DNA of 64,000 nucleotides from an uncultured Bacteroidales bacterium (GCA_902788275.1 CADAJV010000005.1:40609-104608); one strand, 5' to 3'. Shown: positions 25,931 to 38,500, numbered from the stretch's first letter. Program-made: numbers and translations. The notes: generated from the sequence alone by a model not told the origin.

Positions 25931-27169
25931 ATGAAACATCTGCTTGCTATAATAACAATGGCCGTGACTATCCTGGCCCAGGCAGATGATATCTACAGGG
26001 AAGACGTAAATGCTGACAATGCGGTTAACAGTGCCGACATTGTCAGCATTTATAATTATATTCTCAGTGGTGAGGGGCTCACCTTCGATGCCGCCGATGT
26101 TAACGGCGATGGCAGTGTCAATAGCGCCGACGTGGTCAGCATATATAATGGTATCATCTCCGGCCGCAAGATAGTCAATGACTTTAAGCCCCATTATGAG
26201 ACCGCCGCTGCCACCCTGGCTCCAGGCGGACGGTTGCGGCTCTCCGAGCACTATGTGCGCAAAAACTCCCATATCCATGCCACCCTGCGCCTCACTGAGG
26301 GCTGCCTTTCTGAAGGGACAGTCACCGTAGGGCGAGGCTACGATGCATGGTATGGTGCTTACCTGCAGATAGATGCCGACAGTGTGCGTCTCTTTCGTCG
26401 CACTGAGAGCGAGGAAATACGGGTGCGCACAGAGGCCCACGGCCTGATACTGGCCGATAGTCTCAGTGTCAGCATTGACTGCATAGACACCAAGGCGACC
26501 ATAGTCCTGAGTGCCGGAGGCCGCACCTACACTTTCACCCATAGCTGGAATGGCGGCGGCGCCCCCTTTCTGCTCAACCAGACCGGCCACCCTCTGCAGG
26601 CAACCATCCTCTATGCCAACCCCGACTTCCTCTGCGATATCTGGCTGCTGGGCGACAGTTACCTTACCACCTCTGGCAACCGCTGGATTTATTATATCGG
26701 GCAGCATGGCTTCGGCCCTTGGCTGGCTGATCACTGTGCCGCCAACACCGGCGAAAAGGCGCTGCGCGACTTCAAGGCTGCCCTCCGTATGGGCACACCC
26801 CGCTATGCCCTCTGGCTGATAGGTATCAACGACCGCGGCGACATTGACGCTCCCACCAGCCGCTGGCTTGCTGCAACAAAGGAGTTTATCTCCATCTGTG
26901 AGGCCAACGGCATTACCCCCGTGCTCCAGACCATTCCCAATACCTTTATCACCAGTCTCCAGCAGCTAAAGACTCATCAGTATAAGACAGACTGGATTCG
27001 TTCCAGCGGCTACCGCTATATTGATATCGCCGCCGCCATAGGTTCAAAGCCCGATGGCACTTGGGCAGAGGGCATGCAGGGTCCCGACGGCATCCATCCC
27101 ACAGCTGAGGGTGCCATGGTCATGGCGGAGCAGGTGCTCAAGGATTTTCCCGAAATCGTTAACCAATAA
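25931..27169 (+). CDS. Secreted SGNH/GDSL hydrolase with N-terminal dockerin-like repeats
   Basis: Signal peptide. DVNADNAVNSADIVSIYNYIL and DVNGDGSVNSADVVSIYNGII repeats. SGNH blocks LLGDSY, GINDRG, DGIHPT. Confidence 0.75.
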   Translation: MKHLLAIITMAVTILAQADDIYREDVNADNAVNSADIVSIYNYILSGEGLTFDAADVNGDGSVNSADVVSIYNGIISGRKIVNDFKPHYETAAATLAPGGRLRLSEHYVRKNSHIHATLRLTEGCLSEGTVTVGRGYDAWYGAYLQIDADSVRLFRRTESEEIRVRTEAHGLILADSLSVSIDCIDTKATIVLSAGGRTYTFTHSWNGGGAPFLLNQTGHPLQATILYANPDFLCDIWLLGDSYLTTSGNRWIYYIGQHGFGPWLADHCAANTGEKALRDFKAALRMGTPRYALWLIGINDRGDIDAPTSRWLAATKEFISICEANGITPVLQTIPNTFITSLQQLKTHQYKTDWIRSSGYRYIDIAAAIGSKPDGTWAEGMQGPDGIHPTAEGAMVMAEQVLKDFPEIVNQ

Positions 27170-27230
27170 CCGTTAACCATTGACCATTGACTATTGACCA
27201 TTGACCGTTAGCCGTTAACCGTTAATCGTT
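27157..27230. repeat. CGTTAACC/CATTGACC array overlapping the last 4 codons and stop of the SGNH gene
   Basis: cgttaaccaataaccgttaaccattgaccattgactattgaccattgaccgttagccgttaaccgttaatcgtt. Confidence 0.9.
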
Positions 27231-27258
27231 TGCCGGTGGATTTCCTTACTTGGCGTGT

Positions 27259-27455
27259 GGCCGTAATCTGATCGCGTGCAAGTTTGTGCTGAGCCCGTCA
27301 AAGCAAAAACTAATCGCGTCGAGCCGTAATCTAATTGCGCTGAAATGAAATCTAATCGCGCTGAAATGAAATCTAATCGCGCCGAAACTGACCATTTCTG
27401 CGCGATTAAAATTTTTGTCTGCGGATTTATTTGCTTTTTTTGTGTGATTAAAATA
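27259..27455. repeat. 'TAATCGCG word' element, copy 1
   Basis: At least 5 forward TAATCGCG-like words, including a 21-bp tandem CTGAAATGAAATCTAATCGCG x2 (27340-27381), followed by the inverted GCGCGATTAAAAT and GTGTGATTAAAAT. Related block at 62593-62745. Confidence 0.8.
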
Positions 27456-27695
27456 AGTATCGCCAGTTTTCTTACACTTTATTGACGTTAGATTAGCTTT
27501 TGTGATATCTTGGTTCAGAGGGATATTGCTATCCGTTTTTGATTTCTTTGCCTAATAATCAACAAGCCCATGCGAGTAGCAAAAGTTTGCTCGCTGATGT
27601 GCATCTTTCCCCGACAAATCGACGTGGGGGAGCGGAAAAAAGGATGAAAACGAAAAAAAAATATAAAGAAATACCTTTGAAACAGAAAAATGACG

Positions 27696-27703
27696 TAATT
27701 TTG
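27696..27703 (+). promoter_or_regulatory. Candidate -7 box TAATTTTG for the T9SS cargo locus
   Basis: Exact TAnnTTTG 92 nt before the ATG at 27795. Confidence 0.45.
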
Positions 27704-27794
27704 CAAAAATGTTTCTGCTAATAAAGTCTCAGTGCGTGACGGGGGTGTAATGAAAAGCCGCTAACCGGTTACTCGCTGGGTCAACCGTCAAACT

Positions 27795-29312
27795 ATGAGA
27801 AAAAATCTATTTTGCCTGAAGATTTCAGCCGTTCTTTTTGTTCTCGCTCTTATGTCACAGTGGGGTAGGGCTGAGATTGTTACTTCCATCGACTCTAAGG
27901 CAGCCCTGTTAGCTTTTGCCGCCTCTGTCAATGGCGGTGAAGATTATGGGAATGTCAATGTCTATATGGCTGCCGATGTTGATTTGAATAATGAGTCGTG
28001 GACTCCCATCGGCACCCCCTCCCATCCTTTCAAGGGCCATTTTGAGGGGTGGGGGCATAAGGTCAGCAATCTGACTGTCAGTGGTGGTGTCACCGATTAT
28101 GTGGGGTTGTTCGGCTATGTTGACGGCGGCAGCATCCGCGATGTGGCGGTAGTGTCAGGCGCAGTCAGCGGCGGCAGTTACATAGGCGGTATCTGCGGCT
28201 ATGTTGCCAACAGCGGCGAGATCAGCAGCTGCTACAGCGAGGCCAGCGTCAGCGGCTCTCAGTATGTGGGCGGCATCTGCGGCTATTTTGCCGGCTATGA
28301 GATTAGCGACTGCTATAGCACCGGCGATGTTAAGGCCAGCGTCAGCGGCTCTCAGTATATGGGCGGTCTTGTAGGTCAGGTTTATCTGGGTGATGTAAGG
28401 TTCTGCTATTTTTCCGGTAGTATAGATTACCGTCCCAGTGTTCAATACTACGGCTCCTTGGTGGGTGATGTGAAGAATTCCAACGCTTCTACGATAGATG
28501 TTGAGAACTGTGCGTACAAGACTGACGACGCAAACCCTGACTATACCCCGCTTGCCATTGGGTGCAATGAAGCCGAGTCCCCCACCGATGGCGACAACAA
28601 GCAATTTGACGCCACCCAGATGCAGAAGGCAGAGAGCTGGGCAGGGATACTGAACACCGTGACATACAACGCGGCATGGAAGATTGCCGACGGCAGCTAT
28701 CCGCAGCTAAGCTCTTTCCTTAAGAACGAGCCTATTACCTTTAACTTTACCAGCGAGAAGAAATGGCTGACCATCGTGCCCAATGGCAACTATGCCGTGC
28801 CTGCTGGCATGAAGGCGTATATCGTGACCGGCGTTGATGTGGCAAGCAGCACAGTTTCGCTGCGCAGTGTGAGCACTCTCAACGAGGGACGTGCGGCGCT
28901 GGTGTGGAGCGACGGCGGTGAAAGCATCACGGTCAGCAGCACCCAGGGTGCTCTGTCTGACTACAGCGCCGACCAGTGGCTGAAAGGGTCCCACGTGAGC
29001 CCCGTCGTGTTGAAAGGCGACAAGACTGAGTATGTGCTGAGCGGCGGAATTTTCCAGAGGGCAAAATCCGGCACCCTCGCCCGCGGCAAGGCCTACCTGA
29101 AGGTGGGCGCCAGCGTCAGCGGCAGCAGCAGCCTCAAGGTAACCATCGAGGATGACGACCCCACAGGTGTAAGTCAAGAATCAATGGTCAATGGTCAATG
29201 GTCAATGGTCAATGGTCAATCAATTTACGACCTCAGCGGACGCAAAGTCAGTGGCCAGCCGGCAAAGGGCCAGGTATATATCAAGAACGGAAAGAAAATC
29301 ATAATACGATGA
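27795..29312 (+). CDS. GLUG-motif repeat protein with T9SS-type C-terminal sorting tail
   Basis: Signal peptide. Reiterated GSQYVGGICGY / YMGGLVGQ GLUG-like repeats. C-terminus IYDLSGRKVSGQPAKGQVYIKNGKKIIIR. Confidence 0.75.
   Translation: MRKNLFCLKISAVLFVLALMSQWGRAEIVTSIDSKAALLAFAASVNGGEDYGNVNVYMAADVDLNNESWTPIGTPSHPFKGHFEGWGHKVSNLTVSGGVTDYVGLFGYVDGGSIRDVAVVSGAVSGGSYIGGICGYVANSGEISSCYSEASVSGSQYVGGICGYFAGYEISDCYSTGDVKASVSGSQYMGGLVGQVYLGDVRFCYFSGSIDYRPSVQYYGSLVGDVKNSNASTIDVENCAYKTDDANPDYTPLAIGCNEAESPTDGDNKQFDATQMQKAESWAGILNTVTYNAAWKIADGSYPQLSSFLKNEPITFNFTSEKKWLTIVPNGNYAVPAGMKAYIVTGVDVASSTVSLRSVSTLNEGRAALVWSDGGESITVSSTQGALSDYSADQWLKGSHVSPVVLKGDKTEYVLSGGIFQRAKSGTLARGKAYLKVGASVSGSSSLKVTIEDDDPTGVSQESMVNGQWSMVNGQSIYDLSGRKVSGQPAKGQVYIKNGKKIIIR
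29181..29220 (+). repeat. 5.7x TCAATGG heptamer array in frame inside the CDS (encodes SMVNGQWSMVNGQ)
   Basis: Codon phase checked: 29181 is a codon start. The same unit forms intergenic arrays at 27157-27230 and 54972-54990 (reverse complement). Confidence 0.9.
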
Positions 29313-29464
29313 AAAGGAAATATTTCACCCCCTCGGCAGAGGAAGTTAAGATACAGGCATTGTCTTACCTCGCTGCGTCGGGAGAGACTATACGAATGAA
29401 GACTTACACCCAGGCAGAAGACGATGATGATCAATCATGGTTTAACCCCAATTTCGCCGACTGA
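29309..29464 (+). CDS. Hypothetical 51-aa acidic protein, start overlapping upstream stop (ATGA)
   Basis: MKRKYFTPSAEEVKIQALSYLAASGETIRMKTYTQAEDDDDQSWFNPNFAD. The ATG at 29309 overlaps the TGA at 29310-29312. No family recognised. Confidence 0.35.
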   Translation: MKRKYFTPSAEEVKIQALSYLAASGETIRMKTYTQAEDDDDQSWFNPNFAD

Positions 29465-29538
29465 CGGCGGCGCTCCGACTCCTTCTGCCCCGACAATAAC
29501 AGAATAACAGGAAAAAAGAAATAAAAAACAATAACATC

Positions 29539-32500
29539 ATGAGACATTTCAGACATTTGCTGTGGCTATGGCTGCCTCTGCTGCTGGCCGCCCCTAAGAG
29601 TGCCCAGGCATCCGACGGATTTGAGACGGATGCCAACTTCATGGTTACCTACATGGGCAACGGAGTGATTCACTTCCGACTCCTGTTCCTCGACTGCGGT
29701 AAACTCAACTACTACATGACACGCAAGGACGGCGTGCGCAACGACGGTGTGCTGGTATATATGACCTACAACGACGCCAACGGCACTGCAAGAACAGTCA
29801 ACGCGTTTCAGCTCTATTGTCCGTCAAACCCCTCCGACGATAACAGCTATGCGAACATGAAGATTAAGAACATCCAGAAGGATGCCGTCTTGGTGATGAC
29901 TAACCCCCACTCTGGCAACCAAGACGCATACGGCGGATGTCCTATCACGGCCGACAACCAGCCTCACGACTATCAGGTGAAGAAGAGCACGGGCTACGGA
30001 CTGAAATACATAGAGTTTGATTACTACCTGCCCCCCTCGTATGCAGGACTTAGCATCAACTTCAACATCGACGGACCTACCGCCTCGTATGGCAAAGACC
30101 TGACCTACCAGCCATTGGTGGGCAATCCCGTGGTTATGCCCCATCTGCCCGACACATACATCAGCGACCCCGTGTTTATGCCCAGCGGAAAGAACATGGG
30201 ATACTACCAGATGATAGCATCCAACTCCACGGGCGAGAAAATGAAAATCACCAGTGTGACGGAGCTCGACAAAAACGGTAACACAGTGAAGGACATCACC
30301 AGCCAATGCCAAGCCGATGAAGATGGCTACGGCATACTGCTGCCCGCCAGATACTACACCTACTGGGCACAGGTGGATGCGCAGATACCATACAGCAAAT
30401 TCCATTTTGTCAACGTGAGGACTCAGCGCGTGACGCTGCAGGCATTCCACAACCCCGCCGACTTCAACCTAAGAGCCAACTGGGGCAACAACGGTTCATC
30501 GGTACTTACATGGAGTGTGCCCCACCCCGAAGAAGATGACGCCCTCTCTACCGACGTGCTCGCCGTAGAGCGACAGCTATATGACAGCAACACAGGCAAG
30601 GTAGACGACTGGGAGGTGCTCGACCAGGTAGTGATGGAGAAAAACAAGAGCAACTACCAATACACCGACTCCACCACGGGCTGCTACGGCACACCCGACT
30701 TTAACAGCGTGCGCTACCGCCTATACCGATACAGCATAGGCCCCGAGGAGAAATACATCTCCACTGCCGATATGGGCAGAAAGAGCACGCAGGTCAGCTA
30801 CAGGCCCATCAAGATAACATCTGCCACAGGCAGGGAAGGCAAGGTGACCATCAAATGGAGTGAGACAGGCAACGAATACGACGGCGTGAAGCGATTCCTG
30901 CCCAAGGATGCCAGGCTCACGCTTATACGCACAGCCCACTACTTCCGCAACGGGCAGAGAGAGAGTATTGAGACAGAGAAAGACATCACCGACAGCCTGA
31001 AAGCCGGGGCGCACACCATCATCGACATGGGCTTTGCGCCATGCGCGCAGTATGAATACGCCATGGTCATTACGCCCAACGACCCCGCCAGAGTGATGAA
31101 GCCCGATACCGTGAGGGTGCCCACCGTGATGGAACCCGTGACAGAGGTATACTCTTTAGGCAACTTCGAGGCTTCGATAGGCTATCAGGACAAGATACAC
31201 CTGACGTGGGACATCGACCGCACGGCATTCAGCGACGTGAAGCTGTACCGCAACACAGCCAACAGCAACTTTGACAATAACGACGAATGGGAGGAGATAC
31301 CGTTTGACAACAAGCTGATGTACTACGACGACTTCAGCGTCACTGCCGGCCTGACCTACCAGTATAAGTTGTCAGCCACATACGAGTGCACCAACGGAAT
31401 ACACACCCTCTCAGTCAAAGCCAAGGGCTCGCGCCGCACCACAGGCCGCATCTCTGGCTACGTTACGTATACCGACGGCACGGCACTCAGCGGCCGTACC
31501 GTATTGCTGCTCAACAACTACGGCACTACCGTAGGCAGGATGACCACCGACGATGCCGGCTTCTACGAATTCCCTGACGTGGAATACAGCAACAAGGCTT
31601 ACACCGTCAGTGTGCAGGGCAACAGCTCCGACTACATTCAGTCCTCCTTCAAGGTGTTTGTGAACGCCGACGAGCCGTTCCACACCGAGAAGAACTTTAT
31701 CTACACCAACTCCGTTGACATTGACGGATATGTATATTTCGAAAAGACCACAGTGCCTGTGTATGGCGCCGTGTTCAAGGCCGACGGCAAGGTAATCACC
31801 GACAAGAGTGGCAAGCCCGTCACCTCCGACAACGACGGCCATTTCACCTTCAAGGTTATCCCGGGCACCAAGAAACTGGAGGCATCTAAAGAAGGACACA
31901 TCTTCATGTTTGACGGCGTATACTCCGACAACAAGGGCAATGCCATCACCATCAAGGAGAACGTGGCAAGCCTCTACTTCTGGGACCAGACCAAGGTACG
32001 CACCGTAGGACGAGTGGTGGGCGGCCAAGACCAGGGCGACAAGCCGTTGCTGCTTGGCAAGTCGCAGAATAACCTCGGCGACGAGCTGCGCATAGTGCTG
32101 GAGCTGGAAGGCAACCAGCGTTCGTGGATGGTGAAAGACCCGCTGGATGCCACCTACGTCATTAAGCGCGACACCTTCCAGCACGAGGCAGCCGGCGCCG
32201 ACCATCTCAGCCGCATGATTACCGAGCGCCACCGCGTGGTGATAGAGCCCGACAAGCAGACAGGCGAATATATCGCCGACCTGCTGCCCACTCGCTACAA
32301 GGTGATAGAGGTATCGGCCAACGGCTATCCATCACTCTTCCAGGGCGGCAAGGTGTCGGAGATACTCGACCTCACCGACAGTCTCACCACACGCCAGATA
32401 GACGGCGACGCCAAGCGACCCTACCGCGCCATCTACTCGCGCATTTACAGATGCGAGCCCTCGGTGAGCATCTGCGAGACTACAGCCAAAAACGAGACGC

Positions 32501-35500
32501 TGCCCTATGTGGGCCGCAGCTCCTACGTGGAGAGCACTGAGCAGGGCGGCACAGTCACCGTGCCCATCTACGACGCTGCCACCAAGACCTATACCTTCGG
32601 CTATCCCGTGCTCGACGTAGGCAACCACTACTTCCGCATCAAGGCAACTGAGAACTATTACTACAACGGCATAGCCTCCGGAGTGTGCGACTCAGTGCCA
32701 CTGCGCGGCGGCAAGGTGAAGATATACGACGACTTCGCCGCTGAGCAAAGCGACACCCTCTGCGACCTCGCCCAGGACGGCACCGTAACGCTGCTCATCG
32801 ACGTGGCCAACACCGTGTATGACGTGGAGGGCACCAACGCCCTGCGCCACCTCGATGTTACTCTCGAGCATGACGGCCAGTTCATCGACGGCCAGAGTCT
32901 CAAGGCATTCGTGATGGGCTCTCAGAGCGTCACCGACGACGTGGTGAGTGCCGACTGCGTGCTGCAGCTGCAGGGAGTGCTGCGCGACCCACCGGGTAGC
33001 AAGAGCTACTCGTGGATTGACAGCGAGACAACCTACACCAGCGACTTCAAGTATGAAGCCTACGGCAAGATAAACCTCTCGATAGGCGTTGACATCACCA
33101 AGGGCGTCGACCTCATGAACGGTGCATACGCATCAAGCATCTGGACGGGCACGCAGAACAGCAGCGGCACAGCCATATCCATTTCGCCTAAGACAATACC
33201 CATCATCGGCGTAGGACGCACCTACGAGGGACACTCTCAGTTCACCCTCAATGAGCGGCTCCAGACAAGCGACGAGCCCGACCACGTGGGCGCAGGTGCC
33301 GACATCTACTACGGCTACGAACTCGTGGCAGCAGCCCGCTGCATACGCAATGTGAGGGCTGTCAACGAGACAACGTATAAGTATCTGAACAGCCTCGGCC
33401 TGTTCGACGGCTCAGAGGGAGCATGCCATCTCATACAGAAAGGCCAGAACGCCAACGGCATACCCTACTACCTCATCAGCGACTACGACTACTCGATAGG
33501 CCCCAAGGCAAAGTCCAACTTCCACTACACGCAGGACTACATCCTCAACACCCTCATACCCAAGCTGACGCAGATACGCAACAGTTATATATATAAAGGT
33601 ACGCGCGCGGAGGCTCAGGCCAAGGCCAACGCCACTATGAGCAATGTGTTCCTCTCGCTGCGCGACGAGAGCGACCCGCGCTTTGCACAGGACAACCTCG
33701 ACGACACGCTGCAGTATATCTCCATCGACCGCTACGACCAGTATCGCGACCGCCTCAACTACGAGGTCATCACTCCGGAGTATGTGCAGATACTCGGTCT
33801 GCAGAGCCAGCTGGCCGACAGGGCTATGATGCAAGACTCGGTGCGCATCATGAACCGCAAGATTACTCAGTGGCAGTATCTCATCGCACTCAACGAATAC
33901 GAGAAACTCAATGCCATCCAGACCATCGACCGCGTTGACCGCAGCACCATGGACTACACTTCCGGCACTCCCTACGAGGTGAAGGACAACAACTTCTATC
34001 TGGAGAACCACAGCGTATCGGGCGGCACAATGATTAACCACAGCGAGTCGCTCGCCACCCAGGTCATCGACGACTGGCAGGTGCCGCTGTTTGGATACGA
34101 CATCACCAATGTGGGGCAGGAAGAGAGCGACAAGTTTATCAGCAACCTGGTGAGCGGCATCATGAGTGTCGGCTCCGACGCCACCAACTCGATGGCTAAG
34201 AATATCAAGGCTATCGAGAAGAAGTTTGGCAGCGACCAGATAGCGCTCTATAATCAGGATACGATGAAGGTGTCGTTCAATCGCGACGACCTAGGCAAGC
34301 TCGACAAGATGAAAGACCTTGCCGAAAGCCTCAGCGGCAAGACTGACGTGCATGTCAAGGCGGGAGGCTTTGTGCTGAACGTGAAGATTTACCCGCAGGT
34401 AGAAGCTAACTACAATGTCACCAACAACGAGAACACCAGCACCACCGTCCACCGCGGTTATCAGCTGCAGACAGGTCCCGACGAACACCTAAGTGTCGAT
34501 GTATATCACGACGTGACGTCCATAGTGAGCTCCACCACCACTTCGGGCAAGGCGAAGGCGTCCAGAAAACTATCGTGCGGCAACTATATCTTCCGCACCC
34601 TCGGCGGCGCCACCCGATGTCCGCATGAAGCACAAGAGGTGACTCACTTCTACGTCCAGGGCAGCCCCATATCCAATGCCACGGCACAGGTGGAGAAGCC
34701 ACGTATCACCGTGGAGAAACATATCATCAGCGGCGTGCCCTACGGCGAGACTGCCAAGTTTAACCTCGTGCTCAGCAACGAGGGCACCGTGAGGGATGAG
34801 GGCAGCTTCGACCTCGTGCCTATCGACGCCACCAACCAGCTCGGTGCCTCGCTCTACATCGACGGTGCACCGCTGGGCAGCGGACGCTCGGTAGTAGTGC
34901 CTTTCGGCACCGGTATGGTGAAGGTGCTCGAGGTAGCCACAGGCCTTGTAGATGACTACGAGAACATACGTCTGGCGCTGCGCTCACAGTGCGACCCCTC
35001 GGTGGCCGACACTGTAAGTCTGTCTGTGCACTTTACACCCATTGCAAGCCCCATAGCCGTGATAACACCGCAAAACAAATGGGTGCTCAACACCAACTCC
35101 GCTCAGGACAGCCGCGGACGCTACTACCTGCCTGTGAGCCTCAATGGATTTGACGTCAACTTCCGCAACTTCGACCACGTGGAGTTGCAGTATAAGCAGA
35201 CCAACGAGCCCGAGGCCAGATGGACCAACCTCTGCAGCTACTATAGTAACGACAGCCTCTTTGCCAAAGCCGCGGGCACCAAGGCAATGATTGACGGCGG
35301 CACCATCACTACGTCGTTCTTCGGCGATAGCGACCCCGTGGAGCTCAACTACGACCTCAGAGCCGTGACATACAGCCGCCTGGGCAATGACTTCGTTACC
35401 AACAGTTCCGCTGTGCTCTCAGGCATCAAGGACACTCGCCGACCTGACATATTCGGCTCGCCACTGCCTGCCAATGGCATCCTCGGCGTAGGCGATGACC

Positions 35501-38500
35501 TCAAGCTGGTGTTCAGCGAGCCTATCAATGCTAACCGACTGCTCAGCACCAATAACTTCCGCGTGACGGGCGTGCCTAACAATACGGACATCAATATATC
35601 TACCTCCGTGGTGTTCACATCCACCGGCGGCTACCTCACCACCGAGGCCGAGCGTAACTTCGCCGGCGGCGACTTCACCGTTGATATGATGGTGAGGCCC
35701 GTCCTCAGGGAGAATACGCCCATGGAGCTGTTCCACTACGGCCCCGAGGATGACGGGTTCTCCTTCTTCCTGAACAAGAACGGGGCTCTGGCGGCCAGAT
35801 TCTACAATATCACCAGCGGCAAGACTGAGAGCAAAGTATTCACCGCCAGTGGACCGAAGGTTGACTGGAGCGTGTTCCGCCGAGTGGTGATGACCTACAA
35901 GGCCGAGGAGGGCGCGCCCCGCTTCTATATCGACGGGGTGGAGCAGAAGCTGACCGCCGCCGACCGCATTGAGACCTATACGGGTAAGGGTGTGCTCACC
36001 TTCGGCAAGGGCAACCGCTATGCCGTACCCTATGAGGGTAGCATGGTAGAGGCACGCCTGTGGACCAAGGCGCTGACGGACGAGGAGATAGCCGTCACCG
36101 ACAAGACGCTCTACGGCTACGAGGTGGACCTCTGTGACTACTATCCCATGAACGAGGGCATCGGCGAAGAGATAGAGGACAAGGCGCAGGGTGCCACACT
36201 CATCATGAAGAACGGCGTAAGCTGGGCTACACCCGAGGGACGCTCCCTCTATGTCAACGGCCGCAGCAACGTCCGACTCAAGCCCGAGATATTTGAAAAC
36301 TGCACCGCCACCAAGAGTTACACCCTGGGTCTCTGGTTCAGGGCAAACGAAAGCCTCAACAGCAACTTCGCCATCATGGCCTCAGGCATCGGCGACACCA
36401 CTGAGGTGGAGCCTGTCGACAAGCTCTTTATCGGTGTGAAGGACCATAAGCTCACGGTCAGCAACAATACTACTGCAATAACGATGGACCGCAGCTACTG
36501 CGACGACCAGTGGCACCAGCTCACCCTCGTGGTGGACCGCCCCGCCAACCTCGCCTCAGTGTACGTGGACGGTCAGCTCACCGGACAGGCGGCGGCCGCC
36601 AATATTGGCAACCTCTTCGGCAGCTTCTATCTCGGCTCATGCCAGTATCAGACCGACAGCACCTCCACCAATATCTACCGCATGATGGGCTATATCGACG
36701 AGATAACCCTGTGGGATATGGCCCTGCCGCAGAATATCGTGCGCCAGCGGTTCAACGAGGGCTGCGACGGCACCGAGCCCGGGCTGCTGGTCTACATTCC
36801 GTTTAGCGTGCAGGAAGACCAAATCATGGGCGGCGGCACCCGCATGGAGTTCTCCTCCAACTATTACCGCAACGCGTGGGACACCGAGACCCGGCAATAT
36901 ATGGTGGTAAGCAAGCCTGCCCTCATGGAGGAACCTGACGAGTTCATGAGATCCACCGCTACTTATGCTCCCGTCAAGGAGAAGGGCAAGGTGCGCGATC
37001 TCCGCTATAAGTTCATCACCAAGGACAACGAACTGATAATAGCCCTTGCCGAGCCAGCCAAGGACATCGAGCGCACCACCGTCAACATCACCGCTATGGG
37101 CATAGAGGACCTCAACGGCAATGAGATGTTGCAGCCCGTGCAGTGGTCAGCATTCATCAATCGCAACATGGTGCGCTGGTCGCAGCCCAGGAAGCGCGTG
37201 GAGATACCAAGCGGTATGGAAGAGGACTATGTGTTCACCGTCGATGTCCGCAACCAGGGCGGCTCCTATAAGAGCTATACCATCGAAGGCCTTCCTTCAT
37301 GGATAACCATCGACGAGGGTACCGAGGGCGACCTGGAGCCTGAGGAGGAGCAGACCTTCACCATCAGCATAAGCAAGGATATCAACTACGGCACATACGA
37401 TGAGGTGCTATATATCCGCAATGACGAGGGCCTCGTTGACCCCCTTGCCATCACCGTAGTCAAGAGCCCCGAGTCGCCCGACTGGACATTCAAGAAGGGG
37501 CAGCTGCGCAATATGCAGCTCTGCGCCCAAATAAAGATGGGCGATGCACTGGTAACCGACAAAAACAATATCATTGCCGCCTTCGACTATAACAACAACT
37601 GCCTCGGCACCGGCCATATCACCACCGACCGTGAGGGCAAGCCGATACTCTACCTCACCATATACGGTCAGGTGGATCAGGAGAACTACCTCCGCTTCCG
37701 CATGTGGGATTCGCAGAGTGGCATCACCTACCGGCTGCATACGCCCGAGCAGATATATTATATGCCCGACACCATCTGCGGCACTTACAAGGAGCCACTG
37801 ATATTCACCACCACGCCAGGCATCACGCAGAGCCTCACTCTCGTGCCTACATGGTCATGGATATCACTTAACGTGCGCAGTGAAAAGGCGGGCGACATCA
37901 ACCAGCTGTTCAAGCGCGGCAAGTGGCTAGGTGGCGACCAGCTCAAAGACCCCGAGAGCAAGGAGTTCTACAACTACGACCGCGGCACATGGTTCTACAG
38001 CAAGCCCGACAAGCCTGACTCGCTCACCTGTGAGCGCATGTACTTCCTCAAGAGTCAGAATGCCCAGACACTGCAAATAGAGGGTGAGGTGCTGACAGAG
38101 CCTGCCGACCGCACCATCGACATACACCCCGAGTGGAATTATATCGGATTCACGCCCGTGGTCAATGTGCCGCTGGAGGAAGCGCTGGCTGACTTCCTCA
38201 GCAAGGCGTCGGAGGGCGATATCATCAAGTCGCAGGACGAGTTTGCCTACTTCCACAAGGGTACCGGCTGGAAAGGCAATCTGCAGTACATGAAGCCCGG
38301 CAAGGGATATATGCTCTACCACACCCGCACCGCCGCCAGTCCCGACAGCCTCGTAACCTTTACCTATCCTAACAAGAACGCAACCGCTGGAGTAAAGTCC
38401 AAGGCATTCAATTCAGAGGACAGGGAACAGAGGAAAGACGATGCTCCGCTATTCTCCTGCCACAAGCTCACCACCATGAATATGATACTGCGTGCTGAGG

